Source: an uncultured Chloroflexia bacterium | Lineage (GTDB): Bacteria > Chloroflexota > Anaerolineae > B4-G1 > SLSP01 | Assembly: GCA_963751345.1 (NCBI GenBank) | Contig: CAVVUS010000024.1 | Span: forward strand, 1-64,000 | Direction of reading: 5' to 3' | Length of the DNA: 64,000 nucleotides | Part shown: piece by piece, positions 10,802 to 21,591 of the stretch | Layout: each line of letters opens with the position of its first letter | How positions within the stretch are numbered: the first letter of the stretch is position 1 | The notes under the pieces: model-generated | Told to the model about the DNA's origin: nothing | The model's input: only the letters and a program-made list of their open reading frames with translations | Databases searched by the model: none | Made by a program: the position numbers and the translations under genes

Positions 10802-11770
10802 CTAGGCCCCCTTCAGCGTCGCCTGCGCCAGGATCTTCTCGGCGACCTCCATCGTCTTGACCGCGTCACCGAAATGCGAGCCGGGCTGCTTCCCTGCCTT
10901 CAGACAGTCGATGAACTCGCGGTTCTTGGCCTGGAACCCACCGTACATAAAGAACTCATCGCCCCCGGCGACCTCGCGGGTATCATACTCAATGCCCTCC
11001 GTGTCCCCATCAGCGTAGAGCCGGCCTTTGCCCTCGTGCTCCGCCTCGGCACAGATACCGGGAGCGTGCATCTCGACGTCGAAGATCCGCCGCCCGCTGG
11101 TCCAACTGTTGACCATCAGCCCCGTCGCGCCGTTGTCGAACTCCAGCATCGCCGAGAAGAAGTTGATGTCGGGCACCAGCACACGCTTCGTGATGCTATG
11201 GACGCCGACCACCTCGCCGCCGCACATCCAGCGCAGCGTGTCGATCGCGTGGACACCATCATCCATCATATGATCGCGTGCCTCGAGATAGGGATCGATG
11301 GCGTTCTTGTAGAAGCGGCAGACGGCGTGGACGATCGGGCCGCGTTCGAGGCACGCCTCGTGCAGCTTGACCACCATCGGGCACGACCGGCGCTGGAAGC
11401 TGACCTGGGTGATGCAGCCGTGCTCCTCCGCCAGGTGGGCGAGCGACCGGGCCTGGTGGATCGAGAGGCCCATCGGCTTCTCGATGTACAGGTTCACCCC
11501 CTGCCGCAGGCACCACGTCCAGATATCGTAGAAGATGTGTGGCTGCCCGATGGCGTAGACGGCGTCCGGCGCGATCTCCTCGACCATCTGCTGGTAGTCG
11601 ATGTAGCGCTTCTCGACCCCATAGCGGTCCGCCGTCGTATTGAGCCGCTCGGTATCGATGTCGCAGATCGCGGCGATCTCCACGTCGTCGAACGACGCCA
11701 GCGACGGGTAGTGCACCCGATTCGACATCACCCCCGCGCCGATCATAGCAACACGGACTTTGTCTGCCAT
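10802..11770 (-). CDS. Gfo/Idh/MocA oxidoreductase
   Basis: MIGAGVMS, YIEKP, DDGVHAIDTLRW. Confidence 0.9.
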   Translation of the reverse strand: MADKVRVAMIGAGVMSNRVHYPSLASFDDVEIAAICDIDTERLNTTADRYGVEKRYIDYQQMVEEIAPDAVYAIGQPHIFYDIWTWCLRQGVNLYIEKPMGLSIHQARSLAHLAEEHGCITQVSFQRRSCPMVVKLHEACLERGPIVHAVCRFYKNAIDPYLEARDHMMDDGVHAIDTLRWMCGGEVVGVHSITKRVLVPDINFFSAMLEFDNGATGLMVNSWTSGRRIFDVEMHAPGICAEAEHEGKGRLYADGDTEGIEYDTREVAGGDEFFMYGGFQAKNREFIDCLKAGKQPGSHFGDAVKTMEVAEKILAQATLKGA

Positions 11771-11785
11771 ATCCCCTTTCCCCTC

Positions 11786-12570
11786 TCACGCAAACAACCC
11801 ACGGGCGAACTGGATATCCGCCGCGATCAGCCGGTCCACCGCTTCTTCGTCGGTGTACTCCGCCGTCAGGCAGACCACGCCCTCATATGCCTCGCTCGCA
11901 GCGCCGCCGCCACCCGCGGCCACGAGGCCCGCCCGTGGCGCCCCGCCGTCCAGTAGACCTGCCACTCGGCGATCTCGGCCTCGGGGCCGTTGGTGCGCTG
12001 CCAGAAGGCGTTCTTCAGGTTGACCATGCACAGATGCGACCAGGCCGCGTCCAGCGCCAGCTCGGGCTCGCTGCCGTTGAGCGACTCGTGGGCGGCATCC
12101 CACACGATGGCGATGTGCCGCGCGTCGTACGGCTCCACCAGCCGCCGCAGCCCCACGGCGTTGGTCACAAAGCGCCCGAAGTGGTTCTGGACGCCGACCT
12201 GCACCCCGTAGCGGTCGAGCAGCGGCACCAGCGCGTCGAATTCGCGCCGGTACCGCGCCTCGGCGTCCAGGTAGGTCTCGCCGGACGCCACCGGCGCCAT
12301 GATGCGGATCGTCGGCACGCCCGCCTCCGCGCACGCCGCGATCGTCGCCTCGTCGGTCGGCCCGGCGACGCTCAGGATCTTGACGCCGTACTCGCCCAGC
12401 AGTCGGGCCGCCTGGGGCAGTTCGGCGACGTCCTCCGGCTCGACCTGGTATCCAGGCCGCACCGGGAGCTCGATCCCGTCAAATCCCATGCCGCTCACGA
12501 ACTCGGCCAGCCGCAGCAGCGACATCGTCTTCCACGGCTTGGTAAACACCGAAAAATTGATCTTGTCCAT
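11786..12570 (-). CDS. Sugar phosphate isomerase/epimerase (TIM barrel), frameshift ~11890
   Basis: VFTKPW, GFDGIELPVRPG, QNH, WDAAH, VNLKN; tail CLTAEY in alternate frame. Confidence 0.85.
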
Positions 12571-12575
12571 TGTGG

Positions 12576-13607
12576 TCACCTCCGAGAAACGTTCGATTCT
12601 CTCAAGCCATGATCTGCAGACGCTTCCAGGAAACGGCAAGCTCGCGGGGTCTTTCCCTCGAAGAACCGCACCATATCGTCCGCGACGGCCTCGACCAATC
12701 GCAGGCGGGACTCGGTCGTGTGCCCCGAGACGTGCGGTGTCAGGAAGACGTTGTCCATGTCGCGCAGCGGGTCGTCCGCCGGGAGCGGCTCCTTGTCGTA
12801 GACGTCCAAAACCGCCCGGATGCGGCCCGTCGCAAGCGCCGCCTTCATCGCGGCCTGATCCACAACCCAAGCCCGCGCCGTGTTGATGAAGAGCGCGTCG
12901 TCCGCCATCGCCGCGAAGTGCTCCGCCCGGATCATCTCCTTGGTCTCCGGCGTGATCGGCGCGTGGACCGAGACGATGTCCCCGGTGGCGAAGAGCTCCA
13001 CGAGCGAGACCTTGCGCACACCTAACGCCGCGGCCTCTTCATCGCCCATATAAGGATCGTAGACCATCACGTCACAGTGAAAAGGCTTGAGCAGTGCCAC
13101 CATCCGGTGCCCGATCAGGCCCATGGAGACCAAACCCACCTTCTTGTAGTAGAGCTCGTGGGCGAAGCCCTGGAAGCCGTGCGGCCAAGCACGGTCCTGC
13201 TTCATCTCCGCATTGTAGTGATAGAGATCGCGCTGCATGCTCAGCATCGCCCACAGCGTGTACTCGGCGACGGGATCCGCGATGACGCAGGAGGCACTCA
13301 AGACGAAGATACCGCGATCGTAGCCCTCCTTGGGCATCAGATGCTTCACGCTCCCGGCCGCGTGGCCCACGATCTTCAACCGGTCGGCAACCGCCAGCAA
13401 CTCCGGCGTGAAGCCCGGCGATCCCCACGACGTGACCACCGCGTCCGCGCCCGGCAGCAGCTCGGCGAACTCCTCAGGCGTGTAGTCGCGGTCCATCTCG
13501 TTCCAGACGACCTCGCCCAGCCCGTTCAGCGTGGCCCGCGCGCGGTCGGAGAGGATGTCTTGGCTGAGCCCTATCGGAGGAAGATAGAGGATCTTGTGTG
13601 TGCTCAA
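12576..13607 (-). CDS. D-isomer-specific 2-hydroxyacid dehydrogenase
   Basis: HAAGSVK, MGLIG, VSVHAP, FINTAR, LDVYDKEP, LTPHVSG. Confidence 0.9.
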   Translation of the reverse strand: MSTHKILYLPPIGLSQDILSDRARATLNGLGEVVWNEMDRDYTPEEFAELLPGADAVVTSWGSPGFTPELLAVADRLKIVGHAAGSVKHLMPKEGYDRGIFVLSASCVIADPVAEYTLWAMLSMQRDLYHYNAEMKQDRAWPHGFQGFAHELYYKKVGLVSMGLIGHRMVALLKPFHCDVMVYDPYMGDEEAAALGVRKVSLVELFATGDIVSVHAPITPETKEMIRAEHFAAMADDALFINTARAWVVDQAAMKAALATGRIRAVLDVYDKEPLPADDPLRDMDNVFLTPHVSGHTTESRLRLVEAVADDMVRFFEGKTPRACRFLEASADHGLRESNVSRR

Positions 13608-13706
13608 GACTGCACTCCTTTGCTGATATTATCTGGCAATTCTACTCCGATCCAGCGCAATCCCAAACATCAGCCATGTGTCATGCGGTGCTGAGTCAAG
13701 TCCATA

Positions 13707-13735
13707 GGAAAACGGGGAGCTCTGTCGCTCCCCGT
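13707..13735 (-). terminator. Intrinsic terminator downstream of the small ORF
   Basis: 9-bp stem ACGGGGAGC/GCTCCCCGT, 6-nt loop, followed by a short T-run on the minus strand. Confidence 0.7.
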
Positions 13736-13821
13736 CTTCGATTCCTGACCGTTGGTCTGTGCCTATCCTGCGCGCCGCCGTGTCTGACCGCGAACCCCTC
13801 GGTCACAGACTTGGGCATTCG

Positions 13822-14043
13822 CTAGGCCACGCCGCGGCACTCCGCAGGGTTAAACGTGCAGAAGTTGGCTTCCTCTGTGGCCACCGTGAGCGATCTCTCA
13901 AACACTTCGATCGCACCCCTCACCTCCGAGGCTAGGCTCCGCGACCATGTCCCCGGACTAGCCAATCGGATCTGCTCACGCCTACTTGACCGCTGCTCGG
14001 CGATTGGCTTCGCCATAATGCTGTAAATCGCTATCTCGTTCAT
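13822..14043 (-). CDS. 73-aa small protein of unknown function
   Basis: RBS GGGGAG before ATG; flanked by a consensus promoter and a terminator; no recognised domain. Confidence 0.6.
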   Translation of the reverse strand: MNEIAIYSIMAKPIAEQRSSRREQIRLASPGTWSRSLASEVRGAIEVFERSLTVATEEANFCTFNPAECRGVA

Positions 14044-14077
14044 CGCTCTCCCCTATCCCACGCTATCTGTGGATTTG

Positions 14078-14135
14078 TACAGTTAATGTCAATGTACTGT
14101 ATAGATATTATATACGATCATGCCCAGCTTGTCAA
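14078..14135 (-). promoter_or_regulatory. Consensus sigma70 promoter TTGACA-N17-TATAAT with downstream inverted repeat TACAGT-N12-ACTGTA
   Basis: Minus strand TTGACA (14130-14135), 17 nt, TATAAT (14107-14112); inverted repeat at 14078-14083 and 14096-14101 over the predicted start site. Confidence 0.8.
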
Positions 14136-14475
14136 GACCTATCGGTGCGCCCACAACAGCTCCACAGCCACACCTGTAACGACGTGGCTTGACAGTAGCA
14201 TCTGACCTCCGTACCTCGTCCACAGTGGAGGGAGCCCGGCAGCAATAGGCAGATGCGGAATGCCCTTCTTCGGCCCCACCATCGCGAGCTTGTTAGTAGA
14301 CTCCGTACCGGGCACAGAGGCACAGCACGGACTCAATGGAGTCGTCAACGCGTCACACTAGCAGGGCGTTGCGCCGGCTGCGATCAGCGATGGTCCGCCA
14401 AGAGTTCGTCTACAAGGAGATTCCGGAGGAGGTCGCTGAGGTCGAAGAGAGGGTCGGGGGCATATCGCGGCACCG

Positions 14476-14670
14476 GTTTCTCGCAACCGTAGCCGATTTG
14501 AGAACCTCAGCCCACCTGGCAGCCTATTACGCAAGCCGGGCACTTTCTGGTTTCCAGTGGGTACTCTTCGAGTCATCGCCAGATCTGAACCCGCTTGATG
14601 CCGCCATCGACTACGAGGGCGAGGCGATGGCTGCGTGGGCGCAGCTCGTCGAGGCGGTAAGCGATGTCCC
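14476..14670 (+). pseudogene. Diverged gene fragment homologous to the large GH-like protein (region ~21590-21780)
   Basis: FLATVADLRTSAHLAAYYASRALSGFQWVLFESSPDLNPLDAAIDYEGEAMAAWAQLVEA versus FLATMADLKILAYLAAYHASRVLAGVQWALFDQSQDLNALDAAIDHEREAVAAWEKLVEA. Confidence 0.75.
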
Positions 14671-14674
14671 GCCC

Positions 14675-15478
14675 CTATTGCATCAAGACCACGACGTCCT
14701 CGGGGCCGTAGGTGTGGCGGGCGACGAAGGCGATCCACCAGCCTTGCCGGGAGGCCAGGCCCGGCGCTCGTACGACGATGCGCAGCGACGCGTCCTTTGG
14801 CACCGTCGAGGCGACGCCCACGTCGCGAAGCTGCTCACGCGAGACTTCCTGCCGGAGGAGGTCGGTCGGGACGGCATCGACCGTCTCCAGGCGTCGGTCG
14901 CTCATCGGCCAGTAGACCCAGAGACGCTCGCGTGAGCCACAGGATTCCTTCCCGTAGAGCGCGTCCTGCTCGCTCCATCCCAGGAGCGTGTACTCACACC
15001 GGCGCACTTCGGCCCCGGATTGTACGGCCTTCACAGCGCCACCGAAGAGGCCGGGCCGGGTGGGGATGCGGACCGCCACCTGACCGGGGGCGACGGTCAC
15101 CGCCGGTTCGTACCAATAGGCCGCGGGAAGCGCCACCACGGCCAGCACGCACAGCCACAGCGCGATCCGGCCCACGCCGGCCGGCCGCACCAGGATCAGG
15201 GCGGCGATGGCGAGGCAGAGGCCGATCGCGGAAAGCGCCAGGTAGAGTGGCAAGCTGGTAAAGAGCAGGTCGAGAGGGTAGAGACCGATATAGACGGCCG
15301 TCAGGGAACGCTGCAGGGTCTGCCAGAGCCATGGTCCGAGGGGCAGCATCTCCAGCGTCCGCCATACCAAAGCGAGGGGAATCTTGACGTAGAAACTGCC
15401 GAAGACGACGCCGACGAATATCAATGCCGCGGGTACAAGCCAGCCAAGTTGCCTACGGGACTGCGTCTCATCTGTCAT
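14675..15478 (-). CDS. Hypothetical membrane protein with soluble C-terminal domain
   Basis: RBS AGGAGG before ATG 15478; 3-4 hydrophobic segments. Confidence 0.65.
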   Translation of the reverse strand: MTDETQSRRQLGWLVPAALIFVGVVFGSFYVKIPLALVWRTLEMLPLGPWLWQTLQRSLTAVYIGLYPLDLLFTSLPLYLALSAIGLCLAIAALILVRPAGVGRIALWLCVLAVVALPAAYWYEPAVTVAPGQVAVRIPTRPGLFGGAVKAVQSGAEVRRCEYTLLGWSEQDALYGKESCGSRERLWVYWPMSDRRLETVDAVPTDLLRQEVSREQLRDVGVASTVPKDASLRIVVRAPGLASRQGWWIAFVARHTYGPEDVVVLMQ

Positions 15479-15498
15479 TTCTGTCCTCCTGAAGATGG

Positions 15499-17027
15499 TC
15501 AGCGCACTTCTTCCTGCGGTACCCGCCACGTCGCGCGCCAAGGGCCACGGAGCCTGTAGCTCACCGACTCGATGCGCACGGTCACCACGCCCGTCGGGAC
15601 TTCATCGAACAGAAGGGCGGTGTACGACTCCTGGGTACCCTCCAAATAGTGGTAGGTTTCGCCCGCCGCATAGATGCCGGGCACACAGGCCTCGTGAATC
15701 CCAACCATCGTAATTCCGCCGTTCTCCAGGTCGCCCATCCGTATCTCGCTGTCATTGTAGATGAGCAGGGCTGCCGGATAGCGTGTCAGCATAAGATACT
15801 TTCCTTTGTCGGCCTGATCTGCAAACAGCACCGTAGCCTTGTGTAAGATTGTAGTCGAATCCAGCAATGCTGAAGGCCACGTCAATCGGGAACGTCTGCC
15901 CGTGGACGGGTGCATCGCCGAGATCCACTGTGAACGTGATGGGCAGCGGCGCGCTATTGGTCACCACGCTGATCGAGCTCACCGTCAAGGTCAGGACCTC
16001 GGCTTCGGACGAGACGCCCCAGAATGAGTAGGTTCTAGACGGCGTACCTTCGTCGCCCTGTGGATCCCGAGGACGTGTGAAGTTCTCGGCCAAGGGAAGG
16101 TAGGAAGGTTGCGAGAAGTGGTTGTCCTGGTCAAACAGATAGTCGGGCCAGCCTGCGTTGAGGATCCACGGCGAGTCGTTCTCCCACGTCATCTCCAGCG
16201 ACACGGTGTGTTCACCGTACGCAACCTGGGAGACGGAGAGTGCAATGTCGTGCACAGGATCACTAATCACGTCAGGCTGCTGCGAGAGCGGAAAGCGATC
16301 CGTGACGCTCTCGGCATCAGCCGGGGTCACCTCAAAGGGGATCCCGATTGGGCGAGGCCCCAGGTCGAAGGTGCTCGTCTCCTCATCTGCAGCGATGGTC
16401 AGCCGGAGGTGGCGGATGTGGCGGGGGAGCGGCGGGAAGACAGCTAGCCCGGCAATGCCGTGCCGGGTGGCATAGTATGGCAAGTAACGTGTAGGCGTCA
16501 GTACCGATCCGTTGCTCAGGTGGAGCCGCACGCTGAGACTTCGGATGTCGTCAAGGCGGACAACACCATCTTTGTTACCCTCGATACCGGGCAGGCCCGA
16601 GATCTCGAAGACGACCTGCGTGTCAGTCGCCGACGATCGCCTGTGTGACCTCGGCCTCCAGACCGTCGACGGAGACCGCCGCCGGCGCCGCCAGCACACG
16701 CACGCCCTCCAGATCGGCAAAGCCGAAGCCCGGGATGAACCCTAACCACGTTTGGAAGGCCGCCCACACCTCGTGAGGACCAAAGGCAGCGATGGGCGCC
16801 GCCAACACCAACAGCACAGCCACCACGGCGACCGCCCACCGCGGCCAGATCCCACCCCGCTTGACCGGCATGGCGCCCGGGGTCGTCGCCTTGGATGCCG
16901 CTGCGACCTGCGACGCAAGCCGCCGCTGCAGCGCCTGTGTGAACGCCGGATCCGGCGCGAGCGCACCGTAGAGGGTGCGCAGCCCTTGATCCACCTGCTG
17001 CATCGATCTACGCCTTTGCTTACCCAT
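15499..17027 (-). CDS. Putative anti-sigma factor (single TM, large extracytoplasmic region), frameshifted
   Basis: Overlaps the ECF stop; APDPAFTQALQRRL N-terminus, TM helix, LGFIPGFG, then beta-rich domains over three ORFs. Confidence 0.65.
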
Positions 17028-17608
17028 CCTGTTCCCTCCATGCGGTCCGTAATGCCTTCAGCGCCCGGCGCACGGCCATCTTGACCGCCGCCGTCGACTT
17101 TCCCACTACTTCGCCGATCTCGCGGTACGTGAGGTCGGCGGCGTAACGTAGGCTCAGCAGCTCCTGCCGCTCGACGTCTAGCCCAGCCACCAGACCGGCG
17201 AGCTCGCGCAGCGATTCGTCGTGGATGACCTTGCCCTAGTGGGCCGCCCGCCGTGGCGCCATCCCGCAGCTCATCCAAGGGGAAGGAGGTGTGAGTGAGG
17301 TCGCATGCCCGGCTGCGGAAGTGGTCGGCCACCCGCCTGTGTGCGATGGTGAAGATCCAGGCGCGGAAGGTGCCGCGGTGGCGGTAGTGCGGCAGCCCCT
17401 GCCACACGTCGCAGAAGGTCTGGGCGGTCAGGTCCTCCGCATCGGCGCGATTCCCGGTGCGGCTGTAGCAATAGCGGTAGACGGCGTCGACGTATCGCTG
17501 GTAGAGCGCCGCGAAGGCATCGGGGTCGCCCCACGCTTGCGCGATCAGGTCGGCCTCGTCGTCTTCGGACACAGCGTGTGTCAAGGGGTACACGATCTGC
17601 TCACGCAT
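17020..17608 (-). CDS. ECF sigma-70 factor, frameshift ~17235
   Basis: AFAALYQRY, DAEDLTAQTF, FRAWIFTIA; region 4 LTYREIGEVVGKSTAAVKMA in alternate frame. Confidence 0.88.
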
Positions 17609-17644
17609 ATAGCCTCCGGGTGGCTTACCCTATCGTACATAAGG

Positions 17645-17674
17645 TATATCGTGTGCGGGACGCAGAAGGTAACA
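17645..17674 (-). promoter_or_regulatory. Putative autoregulatory ECF promoter TGTTACC-N16-CGATATA
   Basis: ECF-like -35/-10 pair just upstream of the sigma gene. Confidence 0.4.
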
Positions 17675-17886
17675 GGGCTCGGTGATCCGGGGGGTATGTC
17701 GTTGGTCATGTTTCCGGATCGCACTCTATGTTAGTGATTCTGTCGCGCATTGTCAAAAAGTGTGTGCGCGCATTCTGCGGCCACTCTTGTTCGGCGCGCC
17801 GAATGAGAAGTCGGTATGGCTAATTCCGTATGCCAGGCTGAGGTGTGCCTGTGCCAATCCAACCGGTGACTTACTGAGAAGCCGCC

Positions 17887-17914
17887 CTGACAGAGATGCT
17901 GCTATCAATATAAT
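17887..17914 (+). promoter_or_regulatory. Putative sigma70 promoter CTGACA-N16-TATAAT
   Basis: Near-consensus hexamers upstream of the RBS and ATG 17992. Confidence 0.5.
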
Positions 17915-17991
17915 GATGGCATCTGAAAGAGAGCTGGTCTGCTGGGCTGCCCTCTCAGCGAGAAGGTGCGTCACACGCAAGGAGAAGCGAT

Positions 17992-19832
17992 ATGCCTGTT
18001 CCTAACGCCATCCACATCACCCTGTTGGTCGACACACCCCTGGGCCCTGGGGCACGGCACGGCCTCGGCAAGGTCGCCCGCGCTCTGCAGAAGCGGGGCG
18101 TCTACTTTTCCGAAGTCGCAAATCTCTCCGGGGCCGACGGCGACGCCCTGCTGGTCCTCGGGTTACCGAATTCCCCTGCGGCGAGGGCCCTGGCAGCAGC
18201 GGCAGATATCTCCCTCCCCGAGACGCCTGAATCGATCCTGATCCACGAGACCGCCCACCGCGGCACACCCACCTGGCTCATCGGGGGCGGGGACGACCGG
18301 GGGTTGATGTACGCCCTGCTCGACGTGGCCGACCGCATCGGCTGGGCACCCGATCCACACCACCCCCTGAGCGAGCTTCGCGAGACGCAGGAGTCGCCCG
18401 AGGTCAGGGTCCGCTCGCTCTCGATCTACACGATGCATAAACGCGACTTCGAGCAGCGCCTCTTCAACGAGGCCTACTGGGCGCGCTACCTGGACATGCT
18501 GGCCCAGAACCGGTTCAACACCTTCGCCCTGCTCTTTGCCTACGAGAGCGCCGGCTATATGGCCCCGCCCTACCCCTACTTCTTCGACGTGCCGGGCTTC
18601 CCCGGCGTGAGAGTCTCGGGCTACACGCCTGAGATGCAGACGCGCAGCCTCGACGCGCTCAATCGACTCGTCGCGATGGCCCACGATCGGGGGCTGGATT
18701 TCACCCTCGGCATCTGGGACCACATCTACCGGGGCGGCGTGCAGACCGGCGGCGTGACCGAGGGCGACGACACCCTCCGCTGGCGGGTCACCGGGCTGAC
18801 CCAGGAGAACCTGATGGACTACTCGGTCGCGGCGCTGGCCGAGTTGCTCCGGCGCGTGCCCAACCTCGACGCCCTCCAGTTCAGGATGCACAACGAATCC
18901 GGCCTGATCCCCTCGGAGATGGACGCCTTCTGGGCCCGCATCTACGACGTCATCGTGGCCCACGCCCCCGACCTGCGGTTCGACGCCAGGGTCAAGGAAT
19001 TCCCCGACCACCTGATCGACCTGGCGCTGGAGAAGGGCGTCAAGATCCGCCTCTGCACCAAGTATTGGATGGAGCAGATGGGGTTGCCCTTCCACCCCAC
19101 CCACGTCCACCCGCAGAACCAGCACGATCGCCGCCACGGCTATGCCGACCTGCTGCGCTATCCCAAGCGCTACCCGATGCTCTGGCGGCTCTGGAACGGC
19201 GGCACCAACCGCGTCACGCTCTGGGGCGATCCCGATTACGTCCGGCGCTTCGTCGAGAGCGCGCATCTCTACGACGGCGACGGCTTCGACGTCAACGAGC
19301 CGTTGGCAACGAAAATGGCCGCGCACGACCACGACGCCGAGCCGTTCGACCTGCTCAATCCCAACTACCGTTCCTACGACTGGGAGTTCGAGCGCTACTG
19401 GCACTTCTTCCAGCTCTTCGGCAGGCTGGGATACAACACCGAGACCCCGGCCGAGGTCTGGATGCGCGAGTTCGAATGCCGCTTCGGCCCCGGAAGTGCG
19501 CCCCACGTCGCGCGGGGACTGCACCTGGCCGGCCGTGTGCTGCCGCGGGTCGTCGCCTATACCTACCCCTACCACCTCTTCCCCACCACGCGGGGCTGGG
19601 TCGAGAAAGAGCGGATGGACGACCTGCCGGCCTACGCCGCCGCGCTCCCCAGCGATACCGAGCAGTTCCTGAACATCGCGGAGGAGGCCCGGAATCAGAT
19701 CGAGGGCAAGCACTCGGCCAAGATCCGGCCCCAAGCGTCCGGCCGGTGGTTTGCCGGGATCTCCGAGGCGATCTTGGACGAGGTCGCACAGGCCGAAACC
19801 GCGATCGGTGCACATCCCAGCCCGGAGTTCCT
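17992..19832 (+). CDS. Large glycoside-hydrolase-like protein, copy 1 (N-terminal part, C-terminally truncated)
   Basis: RBS AAGGAG; GGDDRGLMYALLDVADRI (GH20/GH67-type N-domain pattern), YLDMLAQNRFN TIM-barrel pattern; breaks at junction 19833. Confidence 0.7.
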
Positions 19833-21591
19833 GAATTTAAAAAAACAGAAGCAGGGCGTCTACTTTGCCGAAGTCGCAAATCTCTCCGGGGCCGACGGGG
19901 ACGCCCTGCTGGTCCTAGGGACTACCGAATTCCCCTGCGGTAAGCGCCCTGGCAGCAGCGGCAGAAATCTCCCTCCCCGAGACGCCTGAGTCGATCCTGA
20001 TCCACGAGACCTCCTACCGCGGCACGCCCACCTGGCTCGTCGTGGGCGGGGACGACCGGGGGCTGATGTACGCCCTGCTCGACGTGGCCGACCGCATCGG
20101 CTGGGCACCCGATCCACAGCCACCCGTTGAGCGAGCTTCGCGAGACGCAGGAGTCGCCCGAGGTCAAGGTCCGCTCGCTCTCGATCTACACGATGCACAA
20201 GCGCGACTTCGAGCAGCGCCTCTTCAACGAGGCCTACTGGGCGCGCTACCTGGATATGCTGGCGCAGAACCGCTTCAACACCTTCGCCCTGCTCTTTGCC
20301 TACGAGAGCGCCGGCTATATGGCGCCGCCCTACCCCTACTTCTTCGACGTGCCGGGCTTCCCGGGCGTGAAAGTCTCCGGCTACACGCCTGAGATGCAGA
20401 CGCGCAGCCTCGACGCGCTCAACCGCCTCGTCGCGATGGCCCACGAACGGGGGCTGGATTTCACCCTCGGCATCTGGGACCACATCTACCGGGGCGGCGT
20501 GCAGACCGGCGGCGTGACCGAGGCCCACGACACCCTCCGCTGGCGGGTCACCGGGCTGACCCAGGAGAACCTGATGGACTACTCGGTCGCGGCGCTGGCC
20601 GAGCTGCTCCGGCGCGTGCCCAACCTCGACGCTCTCCAGTTCAGGATGCACAACGAATCCGGGCTGATCCCCTCGGAGATGGACGCCTTCTGGGCCCGCA
20701 TCTACGACGTCATCATGGCCCACGCCCCCGACCTCGGTTCGACGCCAGGGTCAAGGAATTCCCCGACCACCTGATCGACCTGGCGCTGGAAAAGGGCGTC
20801 AAGATCCGCCTCTGCACCAAGTACTGGATGGAGCAGATGGGGCTGCCCTTCCACCCCACCCACGTCCACCCGCAGGACCAGCACAACCGCCGCCACGGCT
20901 ATGCCGACCTGCTGCGCTACCCGCAGCGCTACTCCGATCCTCTGGCGCCTGTGGAACGGCGGCACCAACCGCGTCACGCTCTGGGGCGATCCCGATTACG
21001 TCCGGCGCTTCGTCGAGAGCACGCACCTCTACGACGGCGACGGCTTCGACGTCAACGAGCCGCTGGCGACGAAAATGGCCGCGCACGACCACGACGCCGA
21101 GCCGTTCGACCTGCTCAACCCCGATTATCGATCCTACGACTGGGAGTTCGAGCGCTACTGGCACTTCTTCCAGCTCTTCGGCAGGCTGGGCTACAACCCC
21201 GAGACCCCGGCCGAGGTCTGGATGCGCGAGTTCGAGCGCCGCTTCGGCCCCGGAAGCTGCGCCCCACGTCGCGCGGGGACTGCACCTGGCCGGCCGCGTC
21301 CTGCCGCGGGTCGTCGCCTATACCTACCCCTACCACCTCTTCCCCACCACGCGGGGCTGGGTCGAGAAAGAGCGGATGGACGACCTGCCGGCCTACGCCG
21401 CCGCGCTGCCCAGCGACACCGAGCAGTTCCTGAGCATCGCCGAGGAGGCCCGGAACCAGATCGAGGGCAAGCACTCGGCCAAGATCCGGCCCCAGGCGTC
21501 CGGCCGGTGGTTCGCCGGGATCTCCGAGGCGATCTTGGACGAGGTCGCACAGGCGGAAGCCGCGATCGGTGCACCGCGGCCCCGAGTTCCT
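18088..21591 (+). repeat. Near-identical ~1.75-kb direct tandem duplication (18088..19832 and 19846..21591)
   Basis: The two copies align throughout with scattered substitutions; 13-nt AT-rich junction GAATTTAAAAAAA. Confidence 0.95.

Noticed and set aside
14078-14101. LexA SOS box
   Set aside because: Half-site orientation and spacing fit neither CTGT-N8-ACAG nor GAAC-N4-GTTC; kept only as an unknown operator.
17690-17990. Riboswitch or ncRNA in the long intergenic region
   Set aside because: No recognisable conserved motif or stable terminator seen; an Rfam scan would be needed.
18163-19815. 550-aa minus-strand ORF and similar long antisense ORFs (e.g. 25626..26858, 42762..44054)
   Set aside because: Shadow ORFs caused by high-GC codon bias opposite recognisable genes; they carry no motifs.
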